Assembly: GCA_041178425.1 (NCBI GenBank)
Contig: JBEGVH010000014.1
Coordinates: 103,234 to 167,233 of the forward strand
Length of the DNA: 64,000 nucleotides
Reading direction: 5' to 3'
Source: Pseudomonadota bacterium
Lineage (GTDB): Bacteria > Bdellovibrionota > Bdellovibrionia > Bdellovibrionales > Bdellovibrionaceae
The translations under genes and the position numbers were made by a program. Shown one piece after another: positions 19,944-30,700 of the stretch (positions are counted from its first letter, which is position 1; each line of letters begins with the position of its first letter). The notes beneath the pieces were generated by a model that worked only from the letters and a program-made list of their open reading frames with translations, had not been told where the DNA came from and searched no databases.

Positions 19944-20453
19944 TTATGAATTCTGGCAATCTAATTTTTTGTTCTGTTCAATCACTTTCATGATCTGACG
20001 ACTTGATTCATACGAATTTTCGTTTTTCATGAAAATCTCTGAGAAGTTTTGATGAATTACTTCTTCAAAGCCGGATTGATTGCGGCAGTTGAAAATGCCA
20101 GCCAAATCTTGTAGTGTTTCACCCTGGCCACGAGCTGCTTCTTTTTTTAACGTCTCTCTGTTGATTTCAATGTATGAAACAGCTTCCATACCCATCTCTG
20201 AGATGTCACAGTTCGAAGTACCAAAAGAAATACCAATAGCTTGATTGCTATAAATGTCATTTGAAGTGGCAGCAACGATCTGTATCATCCCTGGTTTGGC
20301 GCCAAAAATCACACTCCCAAGACCACATCCAGCGAGACCGTAACCTCCGCCGGTGAGTTGGTCGTGAATTGACTTCTTTCTACCGTCCGCCATGCTCGCG
20401 CTACTGAACGCAGATACTAATAGTGCTGTCGCAATTAAAACCATTTTTTTCAT
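19944..20453 (-). CDS. DUF3015 family protein (copy 2)
   Basis: AAGGAG RBS before ATG 20453 (ORF track extends to 20606); YGLAGCGLG, GISFGTSNC, EAARGQGETL. Confidence 0.9.
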   Translation of the reverse strand: MKKMVLIATALLVSAFSSASMADGRKKSIHDQLTGGGYGLAGCGLGSVIFGAKPGMIQIVAATSNDIYSNQAIGISFGTSNCDISEMGMEAVSYIEINRETLKKEAARGQGETLQDLAGIFNCRNQSGFEEVIHQNFSEIFMKNENSYESSRQIMKVIEQNKKLDCQNS

Positions 20454-20563
20454 TGAAGCTCCTTCTTCGCAGTGTTTTGGTTTTTTATTCGTAATGACTC
20501 TATAAGAGCAAAAAGGCGATACTCCGACAAGTTTTAAAAATTCCAGAACTAAAAATAGATAAA

Positions 20564-21475
20564 CTAATTTAACCAGCCCGCACTCTCCCGAAAACATGCG
20601 CCACACTGGATGGCTCTCTCTATCAATTCAACAAACGGTTTTCTATTCTGCCCACCCTTCTTAAAAAGAAAATCGGTATGCCGGCCGTTCTCAATTTTTA
20701 CGAACACCTTTGGCTCCGCGCATCTATCAAAAAGACGCTGACCCATCGAGTAACTCACAACCGGGTCAGCGGTTCCATGCACCACCAATATCGGTGTCGG
20801 CGATAGACTTTTTAGCTCCGATTCTGGCGACTGACTATTGTCGACGATTACCCAGGCCAGCGGTTGAAGCAGCCATGTGAGCCAATGCTTCGAGAGGGTG
20901 TCGGCGGCTACTCTCTTGTAATCCGAAAAGCTCGAATCAATCACAATCAAACGAAGCGATTTTTCTAGTTCGGTAGCCCTATTTGTTTTTTTTAATTCAA
21001 CCAAAGACTTCATCGCAATGGCTCCTCCCAAACTTTGCCCAAAAACAATCAGCGGCACCTCAGGCTCTTGTTCGAGCATCCACTTTAAAGCCGCCAGACC
21101 GTCTTCGGTGGTCCCCATTGGCGAAGGCTCCCCTTTAGAGAGCCCATAACCCCTGTAATCGAAAATAAAATAATCAAATTGATGATGTAGCAGAAAGTAG
21201 AGACTTGCGAAGTGAGTTGAAATATTCTGAGCGTTTCCATGAAAAAAAAGAATTTTAGCCTTCGCTTTTTCCGGCTTCTTTTTTGAACTGTCATCGTGGC
21301 GAAAATACCAACCATGAAGCTTTACCCCATCCTTGGTTTCAAAAAAAATATCTTCAGGTTTCAATGGCAAGTGCTGAGGATCAGCGTATTGGTTCTGATG
21401 GGGGTAATAAAAAAAACTACTGCAGCCGCAAAGGCAAAAGAGAATCCAAATGATGATTAGCTTTATAAAACCCAA
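20564..21475 (-). CDS. Alpha/beta hydrolase lipoprotein (YfhR/ABHD13-like)
   Basis: Lipobox-like LCGC; FFHGNA, DYRGYG, GQSLGG nucleophile elbow, HGTAD, GRH. Confidence 0.9.
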   Translation of the reverse strand: MGFIKLIIIWILFCLCGCSSFFYYPHQNQYADPQHLPLKPEDIFFETKDGVKLHGWYFRHDDSSKKKPEKAKAKILFFHGNAQNISTHFASLYFLLHHQFDYFIFDYRGYGLSKGEPSPMGTTEDGLAALKWMLEQEPEVPLIVFGQSLGGAIAMKSLVELKKTNRATELEKSLRLIVIDSSFSDYKRVAADTLSKHWLTWLLQPLAWVIVDNSQSPESELKSLSPTPILVVHGTADPVVSYSMGQRLFDRCAEPKVFVKIENGRHTDFLFKKGGQNRKPFVELIERAIQCGACFRESAGWLN

Positions 21476-21524
21476 ACAGTGACCTTTCGCTGAAAATAAA
21501 GCGACCCATCAAAAAAACATCATT

Positions 21525-21902
21525 TTAGATTGGGCTCGTTGAACATCGGCCCCATAGTTCTTTCAACACAGGTATGCGTGGATTAATTAGTTTTGAATTA
21601 CCTTTTTCGGAATCGGTGCCATAAATAATCAATTCGAGATTATTGTCGGGACTCTCTTTTGACAGCCAAACATGAAGCACTTCATCTGAAGCACAAAACT
21701 CTTGAGTGATAGTTTCTAGTGACTCTCGCCCTTGAAAAACAATTTTTGCAAAATCGTCCGTCTTTCCGTTTCGCACCATCAAGTGAACATCGGCGAATGG
21801 GGCTCCGTACATGGAATAGGAGCAGTGATACTCTAGTTGCTCAATTGAAAAAGATTGAAAACAAAACAAAAAAAGAAACACACCCACTAATCTGGCCGGC
21901 AT
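21525..21902 (-). CDS. Small exported hypothetical protein
   Basis: GGGGG upstream, signal-like N-terminus, Cys near both ends of the mature part. Confidence 0.65.
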   Translation of the reverse strand: MPARLVGVFLFLFCFQSFSIEQLEYHCSYSMYGAPFADVHLMVRNGKTDDFAKIVFQGRESLETITQEFCASDEVLHVWLSKESPDNNLELIIYGTDSEKGNSKLINPRIPVLKELWGRCSTSPI

Positions 21903-22032
21903 TTCACACCCCCTTGTCCAGTTGTCTATTGAAGCAATAAAGTTAGTCTATTGTCACTTTGAGAAACTGCGACAAAAGGTGTCGAAAAAGCGGCCTTCAA
22001 AATTATTTTTTGATCCACAGGCTCTGTCGAAC

Positions 22033-23835
22033 CTATTTCACCCAAATCCGATGAAGAGTATTGCTTCCGTAAGAACCCTGATAGTCGTCGCATTCCCATC
22101 GTGAACCAGCACCGCGAACAGCCCAATGATAATTATTCCCGCGATAAAATGGGAAAGCTGTCATCGCCTCATTACCTTGACTCGTCCAATATCCGTCAAG
22201 AGTCGGAGGTGTGTTTGCAGAGTGGCTAGTCAGAGTTGTGTAACTGGAATTGAGATTACTACAACTTTGGCTATTTCCTGTTTTGAAGTAGGTAGAGCAA
22301 TTGGCGTCTGAGGTTTTGAAATGAACCACTCGAGCATGGTTGGATGTTTGACAATAAAATCGCATCGATGAAAACAAGAGTCTATTCAGCAATGAGGGAG
22401 CCGCGTGCCCCCAGGTTGTGGTACTTGCTGACTCATCTGTTCCAAGGCTACTGAGACCGAGGCGCGGAAACACCGTCGTGCTGGGATTAGTTGCTGGGTT
22501 CGTATTGCCTGCATGAAGATAATTAAGAACGAGCGTCCAGCCACCTCCATCGGTGGTTTGATCGCAATAGACAAGCACATCGCCCAGGCCATTAAGATTG
22601 ATTGTGTAAAGTCCACTTGCGGTAAATCCACGCGATCGCCAATCAGCACAAGATGCAGGTATAATACTGTATTGTATTAACACCGCACCAGAACCACCTC
22701 GCCCACCTGAAGTCCCTGCGATATTAGTATTCCATCGCGAACCACCGCCGCCGCCTCCGGTTCCATCAACGCCGATGGTGGCATCTAAACCATTAGTGGT
22801 TCCATCGTAATCATTTCCACCGTTACCACCACCACCAGTACCACCGCGACCATGGCGAGTACCAGAGGAATCAGTGTAGATCTGGCCACCACCTCCGCCA
22901 GCAAACCAACCCGAAGCTCCGACGCTGGTTCCAAAACGCGCGCTCATATCGATTCCTGCGCCGCCATCGCCGCCACCATCAGAACCTCGAATGCCATCGG
23001 TGCCAGACTTCCAATTCCCACCAACAGCACCAGCTCCACCGCCTCCCGCAGAAGCATGATTGGGCGCAGAGCCCGCTGTATCGGGTTTGCCGGTTCCTCC
23101 TGTGCGACCATAAACAGTTGCCCCACTATAACTTACTTGCGTGGAAGAACCGCCCGATGCAGCGGGTGCGCTATTGGAGTGTGACCCGCCGCCACCCGAT
23201 CCGCCGGAATTTCCGGCCTGCCCAGCAGCCGTCGATGCGTTTCTCGAACCACCCCCGCCTCCGCCTTTACCGGTATAGCCACTGAAAACTGAATCACTGC
23301 CGTTAGTACCATTAGTTCCGCCGGTATTCGATCCTGCTCCGCCACCACCCACTGTCACAGAGTAGGCCTGAGTGGATAAACCAACGCCAGGAATATAAAC
23401 AACACCACCGCCTCCACCGCCGCCGCCGAAACGTCCACCACCGCCACCGCCCCCGACGACGAGAGCCTCAACATTTCCAGTTCCAGTGGTGACGGTAAAG
23501 GTTCCATTACTGGTAAACTTGTGTTGTTTAATTCCGTTTGTCGTCGCCTCAGTGCCACCACTGGCAGCAAAACAAAGCCCGATAGAGACACCTGACGGGG
23601 GTGAACCCGCAAAGGACGTCCATTCGCCCGAACTATTTGTTGGAATAAATATGGCGAGCCCACTGGCGTGATTATTGGCAACTGTTCGACAGGTTGCATA
23701 CTCGGTGATTTGCCTAGTCTCACCAGCGATTACTTTATAAGAGGTCGCCGCACGAACCGATGGTTTTAAAAAGAGCACTACCATCGCAAATCCGAACCCA
23801 GCCAGGTAAAAGAAATTCTTGTAATTTTGCACCAC
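22033..23835 (-). CDS. Exported protein with glycine-rich domain and C-terminal fibrinogen-like (YCDxxxxGGGW) domain
   Basis: AAGGAG RBS before GTG 23835 (ORF track starts at 23922); HKFTSNGTF..LVVGGGGGGG..GGSGAVLIQY; SCADW..SGLY..VYCDQTTDGGGWTLV. Confidence 0.85.
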   Translation of the reverse strand: MVQNYKNFFYLAGFGFAMVVLFLKPSVRAATSYKVIAGETRQITEYATCRTVANNHASGLAIFIPTNSSGEWTSFAGSPPSGVSIGLCFAASGGTEATTNGIKQHKFTSNGTFTVTTGTGNVEALVVGGGGGGGRFGGGGGGGGVVYIPGVGLSTQAYSVTVGGGGAGSNTGGTNGTNGSDSVFSGYTGKGGGGGGSRNASTAAGQAGNSGGSGGGGSHSNSAPAASGGSSTQVSYSGATVYGRTGGTGKPDTAGSAPNHASAGGGGAGAVGGNWKSGTDGIRGSDGGGDGGAGIDMSARFGTSVGASGWFAGGGGGQIYTDSSGTRHGRGGTGGGGNGGNDYDGTTNGLDATIGVDGTGGGGGGSRWNTNIAGTSGGRGGSGAVLIQYSIIPASCADWRSRGFTASGLYTINLNGLGDVLVYCDQTTDGGGWTLVLNYLHAGNTNPATNPSTTVFPRLGLSSLGTDESASTTTWGHAAPSLLNRLLFSSMRFYCQTSNHARVVHFKTSDANCSTYFKTGNSQSCSNLNSSYTTLTSHSANTPPTLDGYWTSQGNEAMTAFPFYRGNNYHWAVRGAGSRWECDDYQGSYGSNTLHRIWVK

Positions 23836-24066
23836 TTCATTCTCCTTGAAATGATCATTTCTTGCAAGAGCCATCTCTGAAGGCAGGCCATCTCCTTTCA
23901 AGGCCAGCAAGCCATCGGTCACCTCTAATCAATGCATTCCGCCTATTTATACCAGGACCTATTAACGGTTTTTTTACAAGGCCTTGCGCAGCTCCTCTTT
24001 GGGACTATTCTATTAGAGCTTCAGAATTTTAAAGAACTTTTTGAGTCTCAATTTTTAGGGGGATCT

Positions 24067-26661
24067 ATGCCTAGGGTTCAAATGTGTGAAGTAATCATTT
24101 CTTGGCTTGTCTTTTTTGCGTTAGCCTCTCCTCGGTTCGCATCCGCCATTAACCGTGACACACTTGAAAATAACGCAGATTTAGCCAATCAAACACTCTC
24201 CCTTTCTTCGTTGGCCATCGAAAATAAAGATCTTGTCATCGCGGCTGATCAAACTGTTGAGATAGATGCGAGCGTCAATATTGAAAAACTGACTGTTTTG
24301 GGAACCCTCCTCTGCCCGGATCATGGAAACTTTACGATTCGTACAACCGGCCTCTCTGTTTCGGGTAAAAACGGCGCCTTCATTTGCGGAAGTGAATCAA
24401 ACAGATTTCGGGGCCAGCTCAAAATCGCTCTCAAACCAGGACGTTATGAAAATATTCACGGTGTTAATAGCGATCGTAATTTCTTGGTAATGAATGGCGG
24501 AAAAATTCTTCTGTTTGGTGATTCGAAAAATTCAAGGTGGTTGCACCTAAACCGAAATATTTCGGAGGGTGAGCGGCAAATTGAACTCTCTGAATCGGTC
24601 CCATGGACCCCAGGGGACCAAATAGTTATTGCACCAAGCAGCTACAACCCTTCACAGGGTGAAATGGCCATTGTAAGTCAAGTGTCTGTCGACCAAAGAA
24701 TTTTGACTCTCCGTGACCCCCTCAAATTTTCACACTTTGGCGATATTCAAAGATTCGAAGGTAGAAAAACTCACCTCATTGATGAGAGAGCTGAGGTTGC
24801 TAATCTAACGAGAAACATTTCTATTTTTGCAGAAGGGGCTCCAGAACTTATGGATTTTCGTGGGGGCCATATCATGGTAATGAAAGGTTCTTTTGCCCAA
24901 ATAGATTCTGTGGAATTATTTCATATGGGGCGCCTGAGTGAAATGGCGCGGTACCCTTTCCATTGGCATCTCGTGGGAAACTCTGAGGGGCAGTTTATCA
25001 AAAACTCGAGCATCCACCATTCTTTTCAACGCTGTATCACAGTTCACGGAACGAACAAAGTGCAAGTGATAAACAACGTTTGTTTTGATCACATCGGACA
25101 TGGTTTTTTTCTCGAAGATGGAAACGAAACAGACAACCAGATCATTGGTAACTTGGGAATTTTAACTCGCCGTCCACCCGAAGGCCGACAATTGCTACAA
25201 TCTGATATTGACCAATCTAACCCCGATCGATTCCCCGGTCCTTCCACATTTTGGGTCTCAAATCCACAAAATACGGTGGTCGATAACGTTGCGGCTGGCT
25301 CAGAAGGATCAGGTTTTTGGAATTCATTTAACAAAGATCTTTTTTGCGGAGCGGGGCCCTGCGAAAAAGCTAGCGGAAGCAACAAACCCAATGTTTTTCC
25401 GCTCACAACCAATACACAGCAATTCGATAGAAACAAAGCTCACTCTTGCATGGTTGGCATTACTTGGGATGGCGCCGCCGATGGAGCCTTAACACAAAAT
25501 AAGAATAATGCGAAAGATCGTTTTCTTACTACGGCTCACTATAGCCCCAAAATTCCTCCGCGCTTTTCTAACCTGGTTGTAAACAAAACAACGACGGCGG
25601 CCATTTATTTTCGGGGTAACACCTCTCATTTTGAGGCCCCTCTTTTAGCTGATAATCGCGTGGGATTATTCTTTGCCTTTAGTGCGAGTATCAAGAACGC
25701 AGTGATTGCCGCAAGAACGGCGAATGTTCAAAGTGGCGATGATCCATTTAACGGCGAATTCACCGGCATCAGAGTTTACGATGGACCCTTCGATCTTCAA
25801 AATGCCGACTTTCTAAATTTTTCTGAGGCATCCACCTCTTTCGGGCAAACTGTTTTACCATCGCCCGTATCGCTGATTGGAGCTTGGGATCGTTTTACCA
25901 ATGTTGTTTCCGCGACCGCTTTTTTTCCGAGGCCTCCACTAAGGGTTGGTTACCTTTCTGGGTGGAATGCTTATCCATGGGCTGATGGCAACACGACGCC
26001 TGGGGTACGAGATATTGATGGAGGCTTGTCTGGTCTTGCAAACTCAATATTAGTGCCAGATCACCCATTTAATCGTGATCAAAGTTGTATCTCGATGCCG
26101 GATTCAGCGACACTTCGATGTCAGTACGAAAAGGCCGTAATCACTCTGCAATCGAAACGAAATGGAAAACTAGAAAAATTTCTACCCTTTCTCGTAAGGC
26201 GAGATGATGGTGCGCAAACCTATGACAGCCTCGATAATAGCAGCGATAATGACTTAGAAGCTATTCGCAGAAAAGGATACACTCACCATTTTAAATTTGG
26301 GGTCATCGTAAATCCTTCGAGATCTTATGAGGTTGTTTTTAGAAAAGACTGGAAGATGCCTGTTGGCCAAAACGTGTTTCAGGTTTTTTTTCGTCCGGAG
26401 TATCGTGACTCAGTCAGCCCTATTCTCCGATTTAGCAAAATTGGATCTGGGTGTCGTCTCGTGAATTCTCAAGGAAACGCATGGAAAGCAGCCCGCTCTA
26501 TCGAGGAATTGGGACAACTTAAAGTGAACTCTTATTATTCGAAGGCAAGCGACGTCTCCATCAAATTACTTGCGACGGAACCCATCCCAAGAATTCAAAC
26601 TCCTGGCACTGAGAATATAAAGTCGGCACAAAATAAGGCCGCCTTTATCCAATGTAAATAA
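24067..26661 (+). CDS. G8-domain / parallel beta-helix protein (TMEM2/CEMIP-like)
   Basis: DERAEVANLTRNI, GGHIM, RYPFHWHL, SIHHSFQRCITVHGT, GHGFFLEDG, STFWVSNP; GGGGG RBS before ATG 24067 (ORF track starts at 23932). Confidence 0.88.
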   Translation: MPRVQMCEVIISWLVFFALASPRFASAINRDTLENNADLANQTLSLSSLAIENKDLVIAADQTVEIDASVNIEKLTVLGTLLCPDHGNFTIRTTGLSVSGKNGAFICGSESNRFRGQLKIALKPGRYENIHGVNSDRNFLVMNGGKILLFGDSKNSRWLHLNRNISEGERQIELSESVPWTPGDQIVIAPSSYNPSQGEMAIVSQVSVDQRILTLRDPLKFSHFGDIQRFEGRKTHLIDERAEVANLTRNISIFAEGAPELMDFRGGHIMVMKGSFAQIDSVELFHMGRLSEMARYPFHWHLVGNSEGQFIKNSSIHHSFQRCITVHGTNKVQVINNVCFDHIGHGFFLEDGNETDNQIIGNLGILTRRPPEGRQLLQSDIDQSNPDRFPGPSTFWVSNPQNTVVDNVAAGSEGSGFWNSFNKDLFCGAGPCEKASGSNKPNVFPLTTNTQQFDRNKAHSCMVGITWDGAADGALTQNKNNAKDRFLTTAHYSPKIPPRFSNLVVNKTTTAAIYFRGNTSHFEAPLLADNRVGLFFAFSASIKNAVIAARTANVQSGDDPFNGEFTGIRVYDGPFDLQNADFLNFSEASTSFGQTVLPSPVSLIGAWDRFTNVVSATAFFPRPPLRVGYLSGWNAYPWADGNTTPGVRDIDGGLSGLANSILVPDHPFNRDQSCISMPDSATLRCQYEKAVITLQSKRNGKLEKFLPFLVRRDDGAQTYDSLDNSSDNDLEAIRRKGYTHHFKFGVIVNPSRSYEVVFRKDWKMPVGQNVFQVFFRPEYRDSVSPILRFSKIGSGCRLVNSQGNAWKAARSIEELGQLKVNSYYSKASDVSIKLLATEPIPRIQTPGTENIKSAQNKAAFIQCK

Positions 26662-26670
26662 GACGACCGA

Positions 26671-26706
26671 ACGGGACGGGGTCCAACCTCCGTCCCGTCT
26701 CCGTTT
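26671..26706 (+). terminator. GC-rich hairpin downstream of the G8 gene, probable terminator
   Basis: ACGGGACGG...CCGTCCCGT stem; the U-tract is weak and displaced. Confidence 0.45.
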
Positions 26707-26907
26707 TGGGCCGAAAAACTTAATTAAGGTAACTATATAGACTCCTATTCCTTCCATTTACTTCTCAGTCCTCACAATTAATGAGTCCAATCTCTTCACG
26801 GTTAATTTCATAATAACTAGTATATTTAATACCTTAGTTCGGTGCTTCGTGACCTAAAAAATGTTACGCTATCGGATGGTGACCGTGAATTAAACATTGG
26901 GAACTTA

Positions 26908-27744
26908 ATGGTTAAACTGTTTTTATTTTTAGCTTTTTTCTTGGGCTCTAAGGCTTCAGCAGATCTGACTTACGAGGAGTCACGTCGGGCAGCAATGGAA
27001 ATTGGAAAATGGCTATCGAAATCTTGTTCCCATTTTGATTTTACGTCAGCTTCGCCGATATCACCAAAACGTGCCGCCGAGAGCATGTTTCTCAAAAATT
27101 TTAAAATTCCTGTTCAGAAAGCCTCAGACTATGGATTTTCTATTTCTGAAACTCCAATTACTCCAGATGCACTAAACGCTTACAGGCTCTTTGGTTATGC
27201 CGAGTCTGATATCCCTAAAACTCTCTACCTGGACCGCCTGCACTTAAATTGGGGAATCGGCAACACGACGGATTTCACTTTTAGCTATTTTCACAGTGCA
27301 GAGGGAGTGAGAGGCTGGGGTGCAGCAGTAAAAAGAATTCTACAAAAGGAAAATCGATACTATCTTTCTTACCGCGTTCAAATCGGACGCGCTCAGCTTA
27401 ATAATTACTTTGATAATATCTCAATTAATCAGGATTTGATGGCCTCTTACTATCTTCGCCTCGTTGACCTCTACGTTGGCCTAAGGCACACCTACGGAAA
27501 AGTAAACTTCGAGGCCAGCAAAAAAGAACTACAGATTCCTCCGGCAGAATTTTTCTCAGCTATGGATGAGATAGACTTATTTTACGGAATTGTTTTTGCT
27601 ACGACCTACAATACTCGACTAACGCTCCAAGGTCTCCATGGTGATGGCGTTTTTTCTTGGTCCGCCAAATTTTCGTTTCACTTTGACTCTCTGACTCCAA
27701 CAGACACAAACTGGTTCGGAGATCCTAGGGCTATCAAACAATGA
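26908..27744 (+). CDS. Hypothetical exported protein, probably beta-barrel
   Basis: Signal peptide MVKLFLFLAFFLGSKASA; alternating aromatic strands; ATGA overlap with the next gene. Confidence 0.6.
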   Translation: MVKLFLFLAFFLGSKASADLTYEESRRAAMEIGKWLSKSCSHFDFTSASPISPKRAAESMFLKNFKIPVQKASDYGFSISETPITPDALNAYRLFGYAESDIPKTLYLDRLHLNWGIGNTTDFTFSYFHSAEGVRGWGAAVKRILQKENRYYLSYRVQIGRAQLNNYFDNISINQDLMASYYLRLVDLYVGLRHTYGKVNFEASKKELQIPPAEFFSAMDEIDLFYGIVFATTYNTRLTLQGLHGDGVFSWSAKFSFHFDSLTPTDTNWFGDPRAIKQ

Positions 27745-30700
27745 GGGCTATCACTTTTTTTCTACTTTTTTTATTTGCGACGCTACTCACAGCGAACTGC
27801 CGAAGAAAAAATGAATTTCCTTCTCAACTCATCGAAAAAGAACCGGGCGCGATTACGGTACTCAACTCTGATGGTTTTATTGGATCAACAGTTGTGGGTA
27901 ATCAAATTGAAACTACCATCACCTTATTTGCTTCTGGCGGCCTAGACACCTACGATCTCAATATTCAAATAGTCACAACGGACCCTTTTTCGTTCGCCGG
28001 TGGATCTTATCCTGGAACAGGGGGTACCTGTGGAACCATTATCGAGTCGGGCGATACTTGTACTATTGTAATTCTTTATGAACCTCAGAGTACCACAACT
28101 CATCGTGCAACCCTTGCAATTAACTATCGAGACTCAATTGAAGCGCGAGCTTTAACTTTTCCTATTTCAGCAGACTCTCACCCGATATTAGTTTTTAACT
28201 ATGGGAATACTTATGACTTCGGGAATAAATTTATAGGCTCCTCGACTGATTTGCGAATTCAAATCAGCAATGCCGGCCGATCCAAAGCTGAGACAATCGC
28301 ACTCAATAACATAGTTCTCCCCTACTCTTACAAAGGAGGTACTTTTCCAGGCTCAGGCGGCAATTGCCAGTTAGAAATTATTCCAGGAGAAACATGCAGT
28401 ATCGTTGTAAATTACTCACCATCGGCGAGTGGGAGGCACTCTCAACAAATCACCTTTTCCTACACAAACAACGGCCGCCCGGAGAAATCAACGCTCAAAC
28501 TTTCAGCATGGGGCTTCAATAAAGCCGTTCTTTCATTACAGTCTGAATCGGGCGATGATAATTTTGGAACTCGTGCTAACGGTTATTCTAATCGAAAAAC
28601 CTATACTCTTCGGCACACCGCTGGTGATGTCGCAGCCAATGTAATTTCGGTGGCCAACCTACAAGCTCCCTTTAGTCGCGTTGGAGGAACCTGCGGAACT
28701 TCTTTAAGTATTGATCAAGGAACCTGCACTATCATTCTAGAAATGAACTCCCACACCTCGGGTGCGTGGCAGAACAGCGTGATTTTTAGCTATCACAATG
28801 GCATTGACCTGGTAAGTTCAATACGAACACTGACCGGTAGTACAAAACAAAAACCTGAACTAAGTTTTTCTATTTTAGACAATCTTGATTTTGGAATCGT
28901 AAACACAGGGCAATCTAGGCAAATCAACCTCACCATCACTTACCTTTCGGGTGAACTTCCCGCCACCAACCTTACCCTCTCCGGCCTCTCAACCCCATAT
29001 AGTAAATTAGCGAGTAGCAACTGCGGTGCAAGTCTTGCCTCGGGCCAGTGCCAATACGATTTTATTTACAACCCTACTTCCCGAGGAACAAACAACACAT
29101 CTGTAGATTTTTCTTTTAACGATGGATCAACCACTCAGAAAAAAACCTTTTCTTTCAGAGGGGCAACGCAATCGAATCTTACGGCCAATAGCCTCTCTTT
29201 TCCAAATACTTTGGTCGGCAATACTACATCTGGTTCTGTTGACCTAACCTTTAGCGGTGGGGCAAATATAACTTATTTATCTCACGAATTTATTCAAGAT
29301 CCAAACGATGCTCCAATGGCAAATCCCTTCGTGTTCGCCGGCAATACCTATCCGGGAACGGGTGGCACATGCAATCCTACAATAAACGGACCCTGTCGCA
29401 TCTCGATTGCTTTTAAACCTTTGTCTGCTTTGCGATACCGTTTTCGTTTGAAGTTGCATTATCATGACGGTATTACAAATAGCTCATTTGAAATTCCCAT
29501 TGAAGGCACAGGTTCAGCTGCTGCTCAGCTCACTATGAGTAATGCATCTTTCTCCAATACACCGATAAATAGTTTTTCTTCGACTGAGGTGACCGTAACC
29601 AACTCTAGTTCTCTTACCGCCACATCGCTGAACCCAATTTTACCACCCAATGTCTTTATTAAGAATGGGACCTTTCCCGGCAGTGGGCGCTATTGCAAAA
29701 GCAGTCTCCCGGGAAATAGCACTTGTGTTTTAGCACTTCTCTTTTACCCTGCATCTGATTCTAGTTATCAAAATAGTATTACCCTGAATTATTTCGATGG
29801 CTCCCAAAACCGAACGAGCAGTGTTAGTGTTCCTGGCATGGGAATAAAAACTTCACACGCTTACATCAGCCCTGAAGGCACTTATTTAGACAACTCCGAT
29901 GGTTATAACTACAATTCTGTATATTTAGGAGCGTCGAAAACAGTGAATCTGAAAATCGGCTATGGAGGAAACGCCAGCACCGCAACGATTCAATCTATGA
30001 CCACAAATAACACTCAGTTCGTCGTCACGAATTTAACGTGTTCAGCAAACCTCACCTTAAATGATACTTGTTTGGTTGCCGTGGCCTACACCCCCAACTC
30101 AACGTCTGTGTCTAATGCCGTTTTCACAGTCAATTACACCTCCGAAGGCATCTCTCGAACTGCAAGTCGGTCACTTCTTGGTACCGGCCAAAGCTCTGGC
30201 AGCCTCACCCTATCACCCGCTAGTATTAACTTTGGAACGACAGGGGTCGGAGCACAGAAGGATCAGATAATTACTGTGACTCGTTCAGGAGCCTATCCTG
30301 TAGGCTCCTTCAGTTCGGCCATCAGTGGAACTGGTTTTATTTATAAAGGGGGAACTTACCCTGGCACTGGTGGCACATGCCCCACCTTCGCGGAAGGTAC
30401 AAATTCTTGCAAAATCGTAATCTCGTTTAATCCAACCCAACAAAATACTTTTTCTGGCCAATTGTCCCTCTCTTATTACAACGGTTTTCAAAACTCTCTA
30501 GCATCAGCCGAAATGACAGGCGAAAGTGTCCCCTCTGCTAAACTAGTTTTTGAAACTACGAACTATCATTGGGGGCAATTGATACAAACACTTTCCTCAG
30601 ATAAAACAATCAGAATCACAAACAACGGTAGTCAGTCGGCCACCAGTATCAGTGCAGCAACTTTGACCAATTCCTTTAGTTATAAAGGCGGCACATTTCC

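Noticed and set aside
19944..20606. Long N-terminal extensions in the ORF track (also 23922, 23932, 46003, 55536, 56991, 59041, 62639)
   Set aside because: Downstream starts have better RBS or signal-peptide context, and several extensions overlap neighbouring genes or promoters
22700..23480. High-GC patch as a prophage remnant or foreign island
   Set aside because: Explained by Gly codons within one CDS; no phage genes adjacent
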